Numbered from the stretch's first letter, positions 50,179-61,410 are shown. The stretch: DNA of 64,000 bases from Longimicrobiales bacterium (GCA_965116905.1 OZ220732.1:2752001-2816000), one strand, 5' to 3'. The notes: generated by a model not told the origin, from the letters alone. Numbers and translations are program-made.

Positions 50179-51609
50179 CTATCTGAGTCTTTCGATCCGT
50201 TCCAAAGTTGCCGCCACGGCGGCAGCGTTGATTCGCCAGTTGCCCTGGTCCCGGAGTAGCAATGTAACGCCGCCCAGCGGAATGATCTCGGTCTCGCCGG
50301 ACACGATCCGGATCAGCGCCGCCTCGACCCGGCTCGCCGAGGACGTCTCCCGGGCCGTACCGGGGACCGGGGTCGAATCGGGGCCGGAGGCGGAGTCGGG
50401 GCCGGGGGTGGCGTCGGCAATGGAGGATGCGTCGGGCCGGGTCGATGGCGACGTGAGCCCGATCAGCGCCGCCCGCTCCCGGATCGCGGCCCGCGCCTCG
50501 GCCGACACCGAATCGATCTGCTCCGCGGTCGGCGCGAGCCCGAGCGACCGGGCGTGCTCCAGGAGCAGTTCCTCCTGCCCGAGGCGTCGAAGCACGGCTT
50601 CCAGCTCCTGATCGGACGCGGACGCGACGCCTTCGCCGAATCCCTCCCCCGAAAGGCGTGCGAGGGACAGGAAGTCACCCGCCGAAAAGGAGCCTCCGTT
50701 CCATGTGACGAGCGGCCGCTCGGCAGCGCTTCGTGAAAGGCGCGAAGGGGTCGTCCCGGCCAGCGCACGGGCCAGTTCCACCGCTCCCCCCGCGAGCCCG
50801 AGCCCGGACGTGGAGTCGAGCCGCGTGACGTAGGCGGCCTCGGCGACGGCCAGGCGCTCGAGCTGGATCTGCCGGCGGAACTCCGCTCCCACCTCCGACA
50901 GCTCGGGGACCTCCAGGGCGTCGAGCCGGAGAAGGTGATAGCCGATTCCGGACTCGACGGGCCCGCTGGTTTCGCCCGGGCGCAGGCCGAAGACGGCCGA
51001 GTCCACCGGCGCGAGCATCTCGCCGCGTCCGAAGGTCCCCATGCTTCCGCCTCTGGCCCCGCTCCCGGGGTCGTCGCTGTAGCTGGAGGCCAGCCCCGCA
51101 AAGTCGGCCCCCGCATCGAGCCGGGACGCCAGGCCCGCCGCGACCGCGCGGACGCTGTCGCGCTGGAGGGTCGTCGCGCCCCGCGGGAAGAGGAGCAGGA
51201 TCTGGGAGGCCGTGGCCCGGGCGCCCGGCATGTCCGCCGCGAAGCGGGACGTCAGTTCCTCGTCACTGACGATCGTGTCGATGTCCACGACCTCGTCCCT
51301 GAGGCGGGCGATCATCAGCTCGTCGAGCGGCGCTTCCGTGACCAGGCCGACGTCCAGTGACTGAAGAGTCGAGTCCTCCGAGAGGCGCGAGGCCAGCAGG
51401 GTATAGTCCACCCAGAGTTCGGCCACCACCCGCACGATCTGCGAATCCGCCGGAACGCGGCTGTGGTCGGCGATCAGGATGGCGGCGTCTTCGAGGCCAA
51501 GCCGACTTCCGTCTGCTTCGGCGAGTGATCCGGGTCCACAGGCTGCAAGCATCAGGATCAACGCCATGCAACTCGACAGACCGCGGCTGTTCGAGCTATA
51601 CGCCTCCAT
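50179..51609 (-). CDS. parvulin-type peptidylprolyl isomerase lipoprotein
   Basis: LAAC lipobox; [36 protein letters not shown]. Confidence 0.85.
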   Translation of the reverse strand: MEAYSSNSRGLSSCMALILMLAACGPGSLAEADGSRLGLEDAAILIADHSRVPADSQIVRVVAELWVDYTLLASRLSEDSTLQSLDVGLVTEAPLDELMIARLRDEVVDIDTIVSDEELTSRFAADMPGARATASQILLLFPRGATTLQRDSVRAVAAGLASRLDAGADFAGLASSYSDDPGSGARGGSMGTFGRGEMLAPVDSAVFGLRPGETSGPVESGIGYHLLRLDALEVPELSEVGAEFRRQIQLERLAVAEAAYVTRLDSTSGLGLAGGAVELARALAGTTPSRLSRSAAERPLVTWNGGSFSAGDFLSLARLSGEGFGEGVASASDQELEAVLRRLGQEELLLEHARSLGLAPTAEQIDSVSAEARAAIRERAALIGLTSPSTRPDASSIADATPGPDSASGPDSTPVPGTARETSSASRVEAALIRIVSGETEIIPLGGVTLLLRDQGNWRINAAAVAATLERIERLR

Positions 51610-54600
51610 TCGTGCCTCCTCCGAGCGCCTGCAGCGCGCGTATCAGTACCGGGGCAAGCCTGTCCGCATCCTCGCATGCGAAGGTTACCGAGAGCGGAGC
51701 GATTCTGCGAACCTCGAGCGTCACCGCCTCCCCCTTGAGCGTCCGTTCCAGAGCCGAAATGCGGGGGACGACTTCGGGCCGGAAGTTGACACGCGCCCTG
51801 TCCCCTCGCACCAGGATGCGATCGGCTCCCGCGCTCCGGCCCGCGAGTCCCAGCAGCGACTGGTCCAGCAATCGCCTCACTGCCGAGGGCGGTCTCCCGA
51901 ACCGGTCCGTGATCTCGTCCGAGAGCGCCTCCACGTCGCGCGCTCCGGACACCTTTGCGAGGCGCCGGTACAGGTGGAGCTTCTGGTGCCGGTCCCGAAT
52001 ATAGTCGTCCGGGAGGTACGCGCTCGCCGACATCGTGACCTCGGGGCGGGGATGACGCACGTGCCGGTCTCCTTCCCGCACGCGGCGCACGGCGTCCTCC
52101 ATGAGGCGCATGTACGTGTCCAGGCCGACAGCGTGCGCGAATCCGGACTGATGCTCCCCGAGGAGGTTGCCGGCGCCGCGCACCTCGAGGTCGCGCAGCG
52201 CGATCTGGTAGCCGCTCCCGAGCTCCGTGAAGTGTTCGAGCACGCGCAGGCGTTTCTCGGCTTCGTCGGTGATGCTGTCCGGCACGACCAGGTAGCAGTA
52301 CGCGCGGCGGTCCCAGCGCCCGACCCGCCCGCGGATCTGGTAGAGCTGGGAGAGCCCGAAGCGGTGCGCGCCGGCGACGATCAGGGTGTTGGCATTGGCC
52401 ACGTCCAGTCCGTTCTCGATGATCGAGGAGCATACGAGGACCTGGGTCCGCCCCTCCACGAAACGGGTCATGGCACGGTCCAGGAGACCCGTCCCCATCT
52501 GTCCGTGGGCCACGTCGACGGTCGCGTCGCCCAGGAGCCGGCGTACCCGCTCGGCGGCCGTCTCGATCGTCTCGACCCGGTTGTGCAGAAAGAAGACCTG
52601 GCCGCCGCGGTCGAGCTCCCGCTGGCAGGCCTCGGCGATCAGATGGTCGCTCCAGGAGATGACATGGGTGAGGATGGCCATGCGGTCGCGGGGCGGAGTC
52701 CGAATGAGGGACAGATCGCGAATGCCCGCGAGCGAAAGGTAGAGGGTCCGGGGGATGGGGGTGGCCGTCAGCGTCAGGACGTCCACCGTGGTGCGCAGCC
52801 GCTTGAGCCGCTCCTTCTGGCGGACGCCGAGCCGCTGCTCCTCGTCGATGACCACGAGACCCAGGTCGTGAAACGCGACGTCGGCCGACAGGAGACGGTG
52901 GGTGCCAATCACGATGTCGACGGTTCCGTCCTGGAGGCCGGCGACGACCTCGCGCTGGCGGCGCGGAGAGTCGAGCCGGGAAAGGGACCGGACGACCACC
53001 GGGTACTCGGCGAGCCGGTCGCCGAAGGTCCTGGCGTGCTGGGCGACAAGCACGGTGGTCGGAGCCAGCACCGCGACCTGCTTTCCGTCCTGGACGGCCT
53101 TGAAGGCGGCCCGGATGGCGACCTCCGTCTTGCCGTAGCCCGCGTCGCCGCACACGAGGCGGTCCATCACGCTCGACGACTCCATGTCCCGCTTGATATC
53201 CTCGACGGCGGCGCGCTGGTCGCGCGTGTCCTCGTAGAGGAACGCCGCCTCCATCTCGCGCTGCCAGCGCGTGTCGGGGGAAAAGGCGTGACCCGTGCGG
53301 GCCCGGCGCGTGGCATAGAGTTCGAGCAGCTCGGCGGTCATCTGGTGGATCGCGGCTTCGGTCTTCCGCTTCAGCCGCCCCCAGCGCCTGCCGCCGATGC
53401 GGTGCAGTTCGGCCGGCTTGTCGTCCGGGTGCGTCCCGACCCAGCGCTCCACCTCGTCCAGCCGGTAGACCGGGACGCGCAGGACCTCGCCGTCCGCGTA
53501 GCCGACAACGAGGGCCTCGATCGATTCACCGCCGATCTCGATCCGTTCCAGGCCCTGGAAACGCCCGATGCCGTGCTCCATGTGGACGACGTGGTCGCCG
53601 GGGCTGAGTTGCGCCAGGCTCTCCAGGGAGGCGGATCCGCGAAAGCGCCGGGTCCGCCGCAGCTTCCGGCCCCGGCGGAAGATCTCGTGGTCGGTGAGGA
53701 TATTGATCGGCGGGTCGGCGTCCGCCAGGCGAAAGCCGTGTGCGAGCGAGCCGACGACCAGGTGGCAGCCCCGCGGAGGCGTCCCGCGGCTGTCCGCGAT
53801 CAGGTCGTCGAGGCGGCTGGCCTGGCCGTCGTTGTCGCAGAGGATGTAGGTCTCTTCTCCCGCCGCGGCGGCGCGCGACAGAAACAACCGCAACCGTCCG
53901 ACCCGCCGTTCGATCACCGGCGGTCTGCCGGCCTCGAAGACGACGGTTCCGACATGTTCCTCGACGAAGACGATACGGCCGTATTGGGCGACGGTCCCGG
54001 CCAGCGCCCCGGGGGTCAGGAGGATGGTCGCCGGATCGGTGGCGGGGTTGCCGTAGCGCAGGGCATCGCGGTAGCGCTTGTCCGCGCGGGCCCACACCGC
54101 CTCGGCCTCCCTGTGCACCGGGTGGTCGCCGATCCGGACCAGAATCGTGTCGCGCGGCAACCGGTCCAGAAGGGAACAGGCCGTCCGCCGCCGGGTATCG
54201 ACCGAGGCCCCGAATCTCACGGGCAGGATGTCCACCCGCGCCACGGTCCCGGTCGACCGCTGGTCCAATACCCCGAAGTGGCGGATGGACTCGATCTCGT
54301 CGCCCATGAATTCGATTCGGACCGGGCCGGCGGCGCCGTAGGAGAAGACATCGATCAGGCCGCCGCGTACCGTGTAGCTCCCCGCCTCCTCCACCATGGG
54401 AGCCCGCTCGAACCCCCGGGCCTCCAGTTCCTCGATCAGCCCGTCCCTTCGCAAACGGTCGCCGGTCGCGACCGTGAAGCGCAGTTCGGCGATATCGTCC
54501 GGTATCGGGACCCGTTCCTGGAGTGCGCGGTGGGTCGCCACGATCACCCGCGCCTGGCCCGTCAGCAGTGCCTCGACCGCCTCGACGCGCTGGCCCTCGA

Positions 54601-55012
54601 TCTCGTCGTCGCCGTCATCGTCCGGCGCGGTGTATTCGCCCTGCGGATACGGCACCGCCGAGCCGGGCCCCATCAGCGTCTCCAGGTCGCTGAGGTGCTC
54701 GGCGGCCTCGTCGGGGGAGGATGCGGAGAGGAGCCAAAGCCGCGTGGGAAGGTGAGCGGCGAGCGCGGCGATGGCCGTGACGGGAAGGGACCCGGCCGCG
54801 CCTCCGACCCTCATGGAATCGCCGGCCGGCGGAATGCCGGGGAGCAGCGCCCGGAAGGCGGGGGTGCGCGCCAGCGCGGCCGTCGCGGGGTGTGGGGCCG
54901 TGGCGGAATGTGAGGCCGTGGCGGAATGCGAGGCCGTGGCGGGGTGTCGGGCCGCGACGGAGTGTGGGGCCGCGACGGCGTGTGGGGTCGCGACGGAACC
55001 GCGGCTAGGCAC
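51596..55012 (-). CDS. mfd: transcription-repair coupling factor
   Basis: UvrB-like [77 protein letters not shown] 55012 overlaps upstream stop. Confidence 0.95.
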   Translation of the reverse strand: MPSRGSVATPHAVAAPHSVAARHPATASHSATASHSATAPHPATAALARTPAFRALLPGIPPAGDSMRVGGAAGSLPVTAIAALAAHLPTRLWLLSASSPDEAAEHLSDLETLMGPGSAVPYPQGEYTAPDDDGDDEIEGQRVEAVEALLTGQARVIVATHRALQERVPIPDDIAELRFTVATGDRLRRDGLIEELEARGFERAPMVEEAGSYTVRGGLIDVFSYGAAGPVRIEFMGDEIESIRHFGVLDQRSTGTVARVDILPVRFGASVDTRRRTACSLLDRLPRDTILVRIGDHPVHREAEAVWARADKRYRDALRYGNPATDPATILLTPGALAGTVAQYGRIVFVEEHVGTVVFEAGRPPVIERRVGRLRLFLSRAAAAGEETYILCDNDGQASRLDDLIADSRGTPPRGCHLVVGSLAHGFRLADADPPINILTDHEIFRRGRKLRRTRRFRGSASLESLAQLSPGDHVVHMEHGIGRFQGLERIEIGGESIEALVVGYADGEVLRVPVYRLDEVERWVGTHPDDKPAELHRIGGRRWGRLKRKTEAAIHQMTAELLELYATRRARTGHAFSPDTRWQREMEAAFLYEDTRDQRAAVEDIKRDMESSSVMDRLVCGDAGYGKTEVAIRAAFKAVQDGKQVAVLAPTTVLVAQHARTFGDRLAEYPVVVRSLSRLDSPRRQREVVAGLQDGTVDIVIGTHRLLSADVAFHDLGLVVIDEEQRLGVRQKERLKRLRTTVDVLTLTATPIPRTLYLSLAGIRDLSLIRTPPRDRMAILTHVISWSDHLIAEACQRELDRGGQVFFLHNRVETIETAAERVRRLLGDATVDVAHGQMGTGLLDRAMTRFVEGRTQVLVCSSIIENGLDVANANTLIVAGAHRFGLSQLYQIRGRVGRWDRRAYCYLVVPDSITDEAEKRLRVLEHFTELGSGYQIALRDLEVRGAGNLLGEHQSGFAHAVGLDTYMRLMEDAVRRVREGDRHVRHPRPEVTMSASAYLPDDYIRDRHQKLHLYRRLAKVSGARDVEALSDEITDRFGRPPSAVRRLLDQSLLGLAGRSAGADRILVRGDRARVNFRPEVVPRISALERTLKGEAVTLEVRRIAPLSVTFACEDADRLAPVLIRALQALGGGTNGGV
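54878..54996 (-). repeat. 18-bp in-frame tandem repeat, ~6.5 units, in the Mfd N-terminus
   Basis: ggccg(t/c)...gtg(t/c)g. units encoding [24 protein letters not shown]. Confidence 0.85.
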
Positions 55013-56957
55013 CGGGTTGCCGGGTGCGGAGCGCGCGCGAAGCGGCCAGAACGGTCTCCACGACGAGCAATGCCAGGATGATGGCCGCCAGAGGACGCCA
55101 CGGCTCGGGCCCGCGTCCGGCCCTGAAGATGTGCCGCGGCCACGCGGAAGCGTTGTCGACGATATCGTCCACGCCGCGCACGATGCGCCTGACCTCGTCG
55201 CGCGAAGCGGGCGCGAGCACCCCCTCGGCAGCTGGCGGATTGACGGGAACGGACTCCAGTACGCTGTCCCCGGCCAGGACCTGGTAGATCCCGGCCGTCG
55301 CGGTCTCAAGGAAGGGCTGATCCCCGTCGACCCGCAGCACGGTGCCATCGGGCCCGCGCACGGCGCTGGCAGTCGGTGAAGGCCGGAAGCTCATCCCCGC
55401 AGTGACCGCGGAACCCGTTGCCGCATCCTCGAACCGGCGCTCCATCGCCCACTCGAGCAACGGGATCATGGCCGCGGAGACGGGGAGGCTGGTCGCCTGC
55501 TCGTCCATGGGCGATGCCAGCAGGATGTAGGGGCCGGTCGCGGCGGTTCCGGCCAGGAGCCATGGGTCCCCGGTAGACAGCAGGGCCATCGACCCGGCGC
55601 CGCCAGCCCGGGGATCGGCCCGTCCACCGCCGTTCCCAGCCGGGGCGGTCCCGGCGGAGCCGTCGGTCGACACGATCCGGTAGAACCGGCGGACGTCGAG
55701 ACCCTCCAGGTCCAGCGGGAGGTCGCTCTGCGCAACGCGGGCCCCCTCATCGGGCCCCGGCTGGTAGCGGAACGGGATGCCTGCCTCGGCGAGGCGGCGA
55801 TTCACCGCGGGAAGCCGGGCCGGGTCGGCGAGCGGGATGACCAGGACGCTCTGGGAGGCGGCGCGCCGTTCCAGACCCTCTCCGCCGAGGCTTACGAGAG
55901 TGGTGGCCCGCCCCACGCCCCCGAGCGAGATGCGCTCGCTCTCTTCCAGGACCGCCAGCGCTTCGGCTAGCAGGAACGGCAGGGGACCAACGGCCGCGAC
56001 CGGCGTGGGATCCCGGACAACGAACGAGAAGAAGTGGCGGTCGTCCCCGGTGAGCGGGTCCGGATCGATCTCGGCGTAGCCGTCGACGCGCCCGGAAGGA
56101 AAGGGGCCCAAAGGCAGGCGAACCGTGGCGCCCGGGGGGGCCGTAGCGGCAGCGCGCACCTGGTCGCCCACGTACAGGCGCACCCCAACGGTGTCGCCCG
56201 CCGCGCCGCCCGAAATCGAGACCGCCGCCTCAGTGCGCCGCCCTTGAAGCGGGGGGAGCCCCCCGCCGATCGATACCTCGCCTATGCCGCGGTTGGGCAG
56301 TTCGTCGGAGGGCGCGGCGAAGACGATGACCGGAATGTCCTCGTTGCCGCCCGCAGGCTCGGAAAACGCCGTCGCCTGGAGATCCGTGAAGACGTGCACC
56401 TCCCGTCGCGGCAGGTCGCTCTGGGCGACGAGCGCCCGGGCGCGTGCGATCGCGTGACTCAGGTCGCCGCGCGCGTGGCTCGGGTTCGTCTCTTCGATGG
56501 CCAGCGCGGCGCCGGATGCACCCGCCGGCACCGCAACCTCCCAGGGGCTTCCGGCCCGCACCACCCAGATGACGTCGTCGTAGCTCGCGGCCTCGACGCT
56601 CATGCGCGCGACCGCCTTCAACGTGTCGAGCCGGCGGCGCCCGTCCTCGATGATCGTTGCGCTCAGGGAGTTGTCCAGCACGAGGGCCAGGGCGGTCGGG
56701 TCGTGGCTCCCGCCGGGACCGGGAAGGTGAATCCGCGCGCCCAGGATGACCAGCAGCAGGACGGTTGCCACCCGCACCAGAAGCAGGAGCAGCTGCTGGG
56801 TACGGATCTGGCGGGCGTGGTCCTTCTCGGTTCGGAGCAGGTAGCGGATGGCGGGGAAGGTGAAGGTCTTGCTCTCCTGCCGGTAGAAGAGGTGCAGGAT
56901 CAGGGGCACCAGCACCGCGGCGCCGGCCAGAAGGAACAGGGGGTTGAGGAAGCCCAC
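55005..56957 (-). CDS. BatA-domain / vWA-domain membrane protein
   Basis: MGFLNPLFL..PLILHL...FPAIRYL BatA N-terminus; VLDNSLS MIDAS, VFTDLQ; C-terminal TM. Confidence 0.88.
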   Translation of the reverse strand: MGFLNPLFLLAGAAVLVPLILHLFYRQESKTFTFPAIRYLLRTEKDHARQIRTQQLLLLLVRVATVLLLVILGARIHLPGPGGSHDPTALALVLDNSLSATIIEDGRRRLDTLKAVARMSVEAASYDDVIWVVRAGSPWEVAVPAGASGAALAIEETNPSHARGDLSHAIARARALVAQSDLPRREVHVFTDLQATAFSEPAGGNEDIPVIVFAAPSDELPNRGIGEVSIGGGLPPLQGRRTEAAVSISGGAAGDTVGVRLYVGDQVRAAATAPPGATVRLPLGPFPSGRVDGYAEIDPDPLTGDDRHFFSFVVRDPTPVAAVGPLPFLLAEALAVLEESERISLGGVGRATTLVSLGGEGLERRAASQSVLVIPLADPARLPAVNRRLAEAGIPFRYQPGPDEGARVAQSDLPLDLEGLDVRRFYRIVSTDGSAGTAPAGNGGGRADPRAGGAGSMALLSTGDPWLLAGTAATGPYILLASPMDEQATSLPVSAAMIPLLEWAMERRFEDAATGSAVTAGMSFRPSPTASAVRGPDGTVLRVDGDQPFLETATAGIYQVLAGDSVLESVPVNPPAAEGVLAPASRDEVRRIVRGVDDIVDNASAWPRHIFRAGRGPEPWRPLAAIILALLVVETVLAASRALRTRQPGA

Positions 56958-56958
56958 G

Positions 56959-57885
56959 TCAGGGAAGCCGCTGGCGCTTCCACAGGTAGAACCGGAGCGC
57001 TCGCGACAGGGGCTCGTCGGTATCGATCGTCGAATACGCGATCCCGCGGCTTGTCAGAGCGGTGGTCCACTCGGCCACGGCCTCTTCCACCGCCTGCCGG
57101 TATTGGCGCCGCATGTCCGCGACCGAGACCTGGAGCGAATCGCCCGTCTCCGGATCCACGAAGCGCGTCTCGCCGGTCGTGGGCAGGTCGCGTTCCCCCG
57201 GGTCGATCAGGTGGAAGACCAGCACCTCGTGCCCCGTGTGCTGCAAGTAGACCAGGGCCTTGGCGGTTCCCTCCGGGTCCACCAGCAGATCGGAGATCAG
57301 GATCACGAGACCCTTCCGCTTGAGCCGCATGGCCACCCTCTTCAGCGCGGACTCGGAATCCGTGCGCCCCCCTCCGCGCAGTGAGTTCAGGTGCTGGAGC
57401 AGAAGCCGCCAGTGCACCTTGCCGCCGCGTGCCTGCGTCTGCCGTACGATCTTCTCGTGGAAGGCGATCAGTCCGACGATGTCGCCCTGCCGGATCAGGA
57501 TGAGCGACAACGCCGCGGCGAGGTGCTTGGCGTACCAGAGCTTGGAGGGCAGGCGGGCCCGCGACGACCAGGCCATGGACTCGCTGATGTCGACCAGCAT
57601 GTAGGCCCGCAGGTTCGTCTCTTCTTCGTACTGCTTGACGTAGAAGCGGTCCGAGCGGGCGAACATTCGCCAGTCCAGGGTACGCAGATCGTCACCCGGC
57701 TGGTACTGCCTCAGTTCGGCGAACTCGGCGGAGAAACCCCGGTTGGGCGAGCGGTGCAGACCCAGCAGAAAGCCCTGCACGACCTGCCGCGCGATGATAT
57801 CGATCCCGCCGAGCTGCGCCAGAGTGGCCGGATCGAGGAGGTCCGTACGCCGGTCCCGGTGCGGAGTGGTCTCGTTGGTAGCCAT
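56959..57885 (-). CDS. DUF58 domain protein
   Basis: GLHRSPNRGFSAEFAELRQYQPGDDLRTLDW, YVKQYEEETN, VDISESM, ILISDL. Confidence 0.93.
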   Translation of the reverse strand: MATNETTPHRDRRTDLLDPATLAQLGGIDIIARQVVQGFLLGLHRSPNRGFSAEFAELRQYQPGDDLRTLDWRMFARSDRFYVKQYEEETNLRAYMLVDISESMAWSSRARLPSKLWYAKHLAAALSLILIRQGDIVGLIAFHEKIVRQTQARGGKVHWRLLLQHLNSLRGGGRTDSESALKRVAMRLKRKGLVILISDLLVDPEGTAKALVYLQHTGHEVLVFHLIDPGERDLPTTGETRFVDPETGDSLQVSVADMRRQYRQAVEEAVAEWTTALTSRGIAYSTIDTDEPLSRALRFYLWKRQRLP

Positions 57886-57952
57886 GGTCCATTGAATGTG
57901 GACCGGCGTCACCGCATGGGGAAGAGCGCGGGCCGGGGAACGGTGGCCGTGA

Positions 57953-60900
57953 TCAGCCGCCCATGCGATAGGTCAGCGAGAGCTTGATCCGCCGTCCTTT
58001 GGGACTGTGGGTGAATCCGTCGTAGGATTGCTCCCAGTTGACCAGCGGCGGTGGCGCGTCCAGAAGGTTCAGAACGGACAGGGCCACGTCGCTTCTGCTG
58101 GAGGCCCGCCGCAGCACGCTCAGGTCCCAGGTCACGAAACGGTCGATCTCGGCGAATTCGGTGTCGGGAAAGACCTCGTTCGCGTACCCCGAGACCGAGT
58201 TGACGTAGTTGACCACACTGTAGTCGCCAAAGTGGTAGCCCGCAGAGAACCGGCTCTTCCACTGGGGCAGCGGGGGGGCGATCGGATTGTTCCAGTTGAG
58301 CTTCCCGGCCGCGTCCTGAGCCGGAAAAACCTCCACGCTGTTCAGATCCAGGGCCCGGACGAAGAACCTCCGTGTGAAGGTGCCGTCCATCCCGAGCGAG
58401 GCGATGCCCTGGCCCATGGGCAGACGGGTGCTGACGTGCCAGTCGAGTCCCGACAGCTCGATGCCCGGCCAGTTGATGGTACGCACGGCGATCCGCTCGA
58501 GGGCGCTGGTCGGGCAAGTGCCCGTGCCCGGACCGTCCGGACAGGTCACGAACTGCTGCACGGCGGCACGCGATGCGCCGCCCAGATCGTATAGCCGCGT
58601 GACTCCGGTCGCGGGAATGATGTCGATGACGTCACGGAAGTCGTAGTTCCAGTAGTCGAGCGAGGCGCGCATGCGCGGGAGCTCCAGCGTGAGTCCCACG
58701 TTGTAGGTGAACGCCCGTTCAGGTGTCAGGTCCGGGTTTCCGAAGGCGTCCAGCGCCTTGTAGATCCCCGCTTCGGCCACGTACTCCAGTGAAGTTGCGC
58801 GGTCTTCGTTGAGATCGTCGACGGAAGGTGTGCGGAAGGTCGTCTGCAGCGACGCGCGCAGCGCCAGCGGCTCGGCCAGGTCCACCCGCAGGGCCAATTT
58901 CGGGTCGAAGCTGGTCACGGACCCGTGAAACTCGTAGTTCGCGGCCACCTGGGCGTCCACCCTCGATCCGAGCTCCAGCTGGGATTCCACGAAGAAGCGA
59001 TGGACGGTCTGGGCCGCGTGATACGGGTAGTGACCGGTCGTGAAGGTGAAGGCGCCGGCTTTCTCCAGACAGGTCCGATCCCCGGGCACGGGACAGGGAT
59101 TGACCTCGAGGTTGCCCGGCTCGTTCGGCTCCGCCTCCACATCGAACCAGCGGAACTGGTACCCGACGGCATACTGGGCCACCTCTTCCACCAGCGTGCC
59201 CTTGAGGATGGCATCCGCGACGAGCAGGTTGGCGGCGTTGTCCAGATCGACCTCCTGGTTGATCCAGTCGATCAGCGCCGGACTGTTTTCCAGCCCCGGC
59301 ATGTAGTCCGGGTTCGCCTGGTCCAGGTAGCGCGCCCCGGGCTGGGCAGAGTACCGGTGCGCGTTGCTGAAGGGGTTGTAGTACATGCAGTTCCCCTGGC
59401 CCGCCACGGCGCCGTTCAGCGCGCCCAGGGCCATTCCCGACGGGCTGGACGGATCCAGCACCACGTCGACCCCGCAGTTCGGACCTCCGAAGCCGCGGAA
59501 GGCGAGGAACTTCCGGTAGGCGTACTCGGCCGGAAGGTTGACGTTGCCGGTGGTGCGGGAGAACGACGTGGAGAACTCCAACGACGCGGCGTTGCCGCCG
59601 AGAGACTCGATCTCACGCTCCAGCGAGGCGGAGATCCGCCCGGTGCGGGATGCCCGGTCCAGGGTGCGGCCGGGGCCGCTGTTGCCCACGAGGCGGCCAT
59701 AGAAGTACCAGTCGTCTGCGAGACACGCCTCCTGTCCCGTGAAGCCCGCCGTTTGCCCGTGGCTCTGGCAGAAGGCCTGCCGTCCCGGATTTCCTGGAGT
59801 GATGACCTGTGCCCCGTTGTACGGCGAGATCGGCGGGAACGACGGCGTGGTCACCCAGTCCGGAGTGGCGGCCTCGGCCCACAGGGCCTCGACGTGGTAG
59901 CGCGACTGGTCACCCAGTTCGCCGTTCAGTTCACCGAAGACGCGAACATGGCGGGACGGCTGGATCAGATTGTCCCACGGCTGGTAGCGGAACCGGCAGG
60001 TCTCTCCCTCGCGGTGGCCCCCGAACGCGGTGCACTGCGGGTCGATGAAGACGCCCCCCCAGCCGCCGAACTGCGCGTCGGCCAGAGCCGCGACGAACTC
60101 TTCCTTCGTCTCGTCGCCGGTCAGCCTGGGAAAGAGGAACGCGCCCGGATTGCCCGTGTACGACCAGGCGCCGCCCCCGGACGTGAACGGACGCAGCGCC
60201 CAATCCCGCTCCTCGGGGTCCAGTTCCTGCGTAACGGCCACCTCCGCCGATACGACGGCGTGTGCGCTCTCGGAGAGCCGTGAGCCCCAGATGGCGCCCA
60301 CATTGGTGTCACCCGCCCCCGCCAGGTACTCGTGGGCACCCGACACCTCAAAACCTTCGAATTCCTTTCTGGTAAGGAAGTTGGCCACGCCCGCAACCGC
60401 GTCCGAGCCGTAGATCGCGGAGGCGCCCTCCTTCACCACCTCGATCCGGTCGAGAGCGATCGACGGGAAGGCGTTGACGTCCACGAACCGGCCCCCCAGC
60501 AGGCGCATCGGGACGTACACCTGGCGTCTGCCGTTCAGCAGCACAAGCGTCCGCGACGGCCCGATGCCACGGAGATTCACGCTGGCCACGGTTTCGGGCA
60601 CCGCCGCGGCCGGCCTGGTCGTATACCACCCCTGGCGGTCGCCAAGGACGCCCGCGCTGGCTCCCAGGTTGCGGAAGAAATCGACCGCCTGCGGCGATCC
60701 CTGTTCGGCCAGGGATCGGCGACCCGAAACCGCGACCGAATACGGCAGGTCGACCGGCGACTCCTCGAAGGCCGTGCCGGTGACGACCACCCCCTGAAGC
60801 TGGAGGACGGTCGGCTGCATCCGCAGTTCCAGGAAAACGGTTCCGCCTTCGGGCACGACGACGCTCTCGGAAGTGGCGAGGTAGCCGATCAGTTCGGCGC

Positions 60901-61162
60901 GCACCTCGTGGGTGCCGGGCGACAGGCCGACAAGGGCGAATCGTCCGTCACCGCCCGACAACTGTCCCGTGCCCAGCGCAGCAACCGAAACCTGGGCGCC
61001 CGCGACCGGCTGCCCGCTCGCGGCATCGGTAACGATTCCGGTGATGGAGCCGGTCGCCTGAGCCGACGCGGTGGCCGCAGCCGTCCCGGACAGGGCGAGA
61101 CAAAGGAAGAAGAGAACAACGGGCTGACCGGCAACTCTGAACCAGCCGGGGAACTGCACCAT
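57953..61162 (-). CDS. TonB-dependent receptor with N-terminal carboxypeptidase-regulatory-like domain
   Basis: Signal peptide; GSITGIVTDAASGQPV; VVVTG; VNLRGIG..RTLVLLNGRR; IEVVKEGASAIYGSDAVAGVANF; GNPDLTPE; NLLDAPPP; GAGG RBS. Confidence 0.93.
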   Translation of the reverse strand: MVQFPGWFRVAGQPVVLFFLCLALSGTAAATASAQATGSITGIVTDAASGQPVAGAQVSVAALGTGQLSGGDGRFALVGLSPGTHEVRAELIGYLATSESVVVPEGGTVFLELRMQPTVLQLQGVVVTGTAFEESPVDLPYSVAVSGRRSLAEQGSPQAVDFFRNLGASAGVLGDRQGWYTTRPAAAVPETVASVNLRGIGPSRTLVLLNGRRQVYVPMRLLGGRFVDVNAFPSIALDRIEVVKEGASAIYGSDAVAGVANFLTRKEFEGFEVSGAHEYLAGAGDTNVGAIWGSRLSESAHAVVSAEVAVTQELDPEERDWALRPFTSGGGAWSYTGNPGAFLFPRLTGDETKEEFVAALADAQFGGWGGVFIDPQCTAFGGHREGETCRFRYQPWDNLIQPSRHVRVFGELNGELGDQSRYHVEALWAEAATPDWVTTPSFPPISPYNGAQVITPGNPGRQAFCQSHGQTAGFTGQEACLADDWYFYGRLVGNSGPGRTLDRASRTGRISASLEREIESLGGNAASLEFSTSFSRTTGNVNLPAEYAYRKFLAFRGFGGPNCGVDVVLDPSSPSGMALGALNGAVAGQGNCMYYNPFSNAHRYSAQPGARYLDQANPDYMPGLENSPALIDWINQEVDLDNAANLLVADAILKGTLVEEVAQYAVGYQFRWFDVEAEPNEPGNLEVNPCPVPGDRTCLEKAGAFTFTTGHYPYHAAQTVHRFFVESQLELGSRVDAQVAANYEFHGSVTSFDPKLALRVDLAEPLALRASLQTTFRTPSVDDLNEDRATSLEYVAEAGIYKALDAFGNPDLTPERAFTYNVGLTLELPRMRASLDYWNYDFRDVIDIIPATGVTRLYDLGGASRAAVQQFVTCPDGPGTGTCPTSALERIAVRTINWPGIELSGLDWHVSTRLPMGQGIASLGMDGTFTRRFFVRALDLNSVEVFPAQDAAGKLNWNNPIAPPLPQWKSRFSAGYHFGDYSVVNYVNSVSGYANEVFPDTEFAEIDRFVTWDLSVLRRASSRSDVALSVLNLLDAPPPLVNWEQSYDGFTHSPKGRRIKLSLTYRMGG

Positions 61163-61264
61163 GACGCACCTCGGTTCGATTACGCGGTTGGGAACCGTCG
61201 GATCACCCCTTCTAATAGATCGAAGCGGTCGTCGGGACGCAACATGAAACCGGCCGGATTTGTT

Positions 61265-61298
61265 CCGTTTTTGTCGCGCAATTGACCGTTTTTGTCGC
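61265..61298. promoter_or_regulatory. 13-bp direct repeat with 21-bp period upstream of the TonB receptor (candidate regulator site)
   Basis: ccgtttttgtcgc at 61265-61277 and 61286-61298 in an AT-rich patch. Confidence 0.5.
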
Positions 61299-61354
61299 TA
61301 TCGCAGGGAAACAGAAGCGCAGGGCCTTGACGACGATGTTTGCGGGCAGGCGGG

Positions 61355-61410
61355 CGCCGGATCCACTCGGCACCAACGCCGGATCCACTCGGCACCGACG
61401 CCGGATCCAC
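61355..61410. repeat. 22-bp tandem repeat, ~2.5 units, no spacers
   Basis: cgccggatccactcggcacc(a/g)a x2 + cgccggatccac. Confidence 0.9.

Noticed and set aside
51479..54913. 1144-aa plus-strand ORF, and similar long ORFs such as 9215..12034, 9375..12296, 27269..29905, 61476..63626
   Set aside because: Antisense or frame-shifted shadows of clear genes (mfd, acnA, nhaC-like, lepA); expected in high-GC DNA and lacking recognisable motifs.
61355..61410. 22-bp repeats as a possible CRISPR array
   Set aside because: Units are directly adjacent with no unique spacers, and there are no cas genes in the window.
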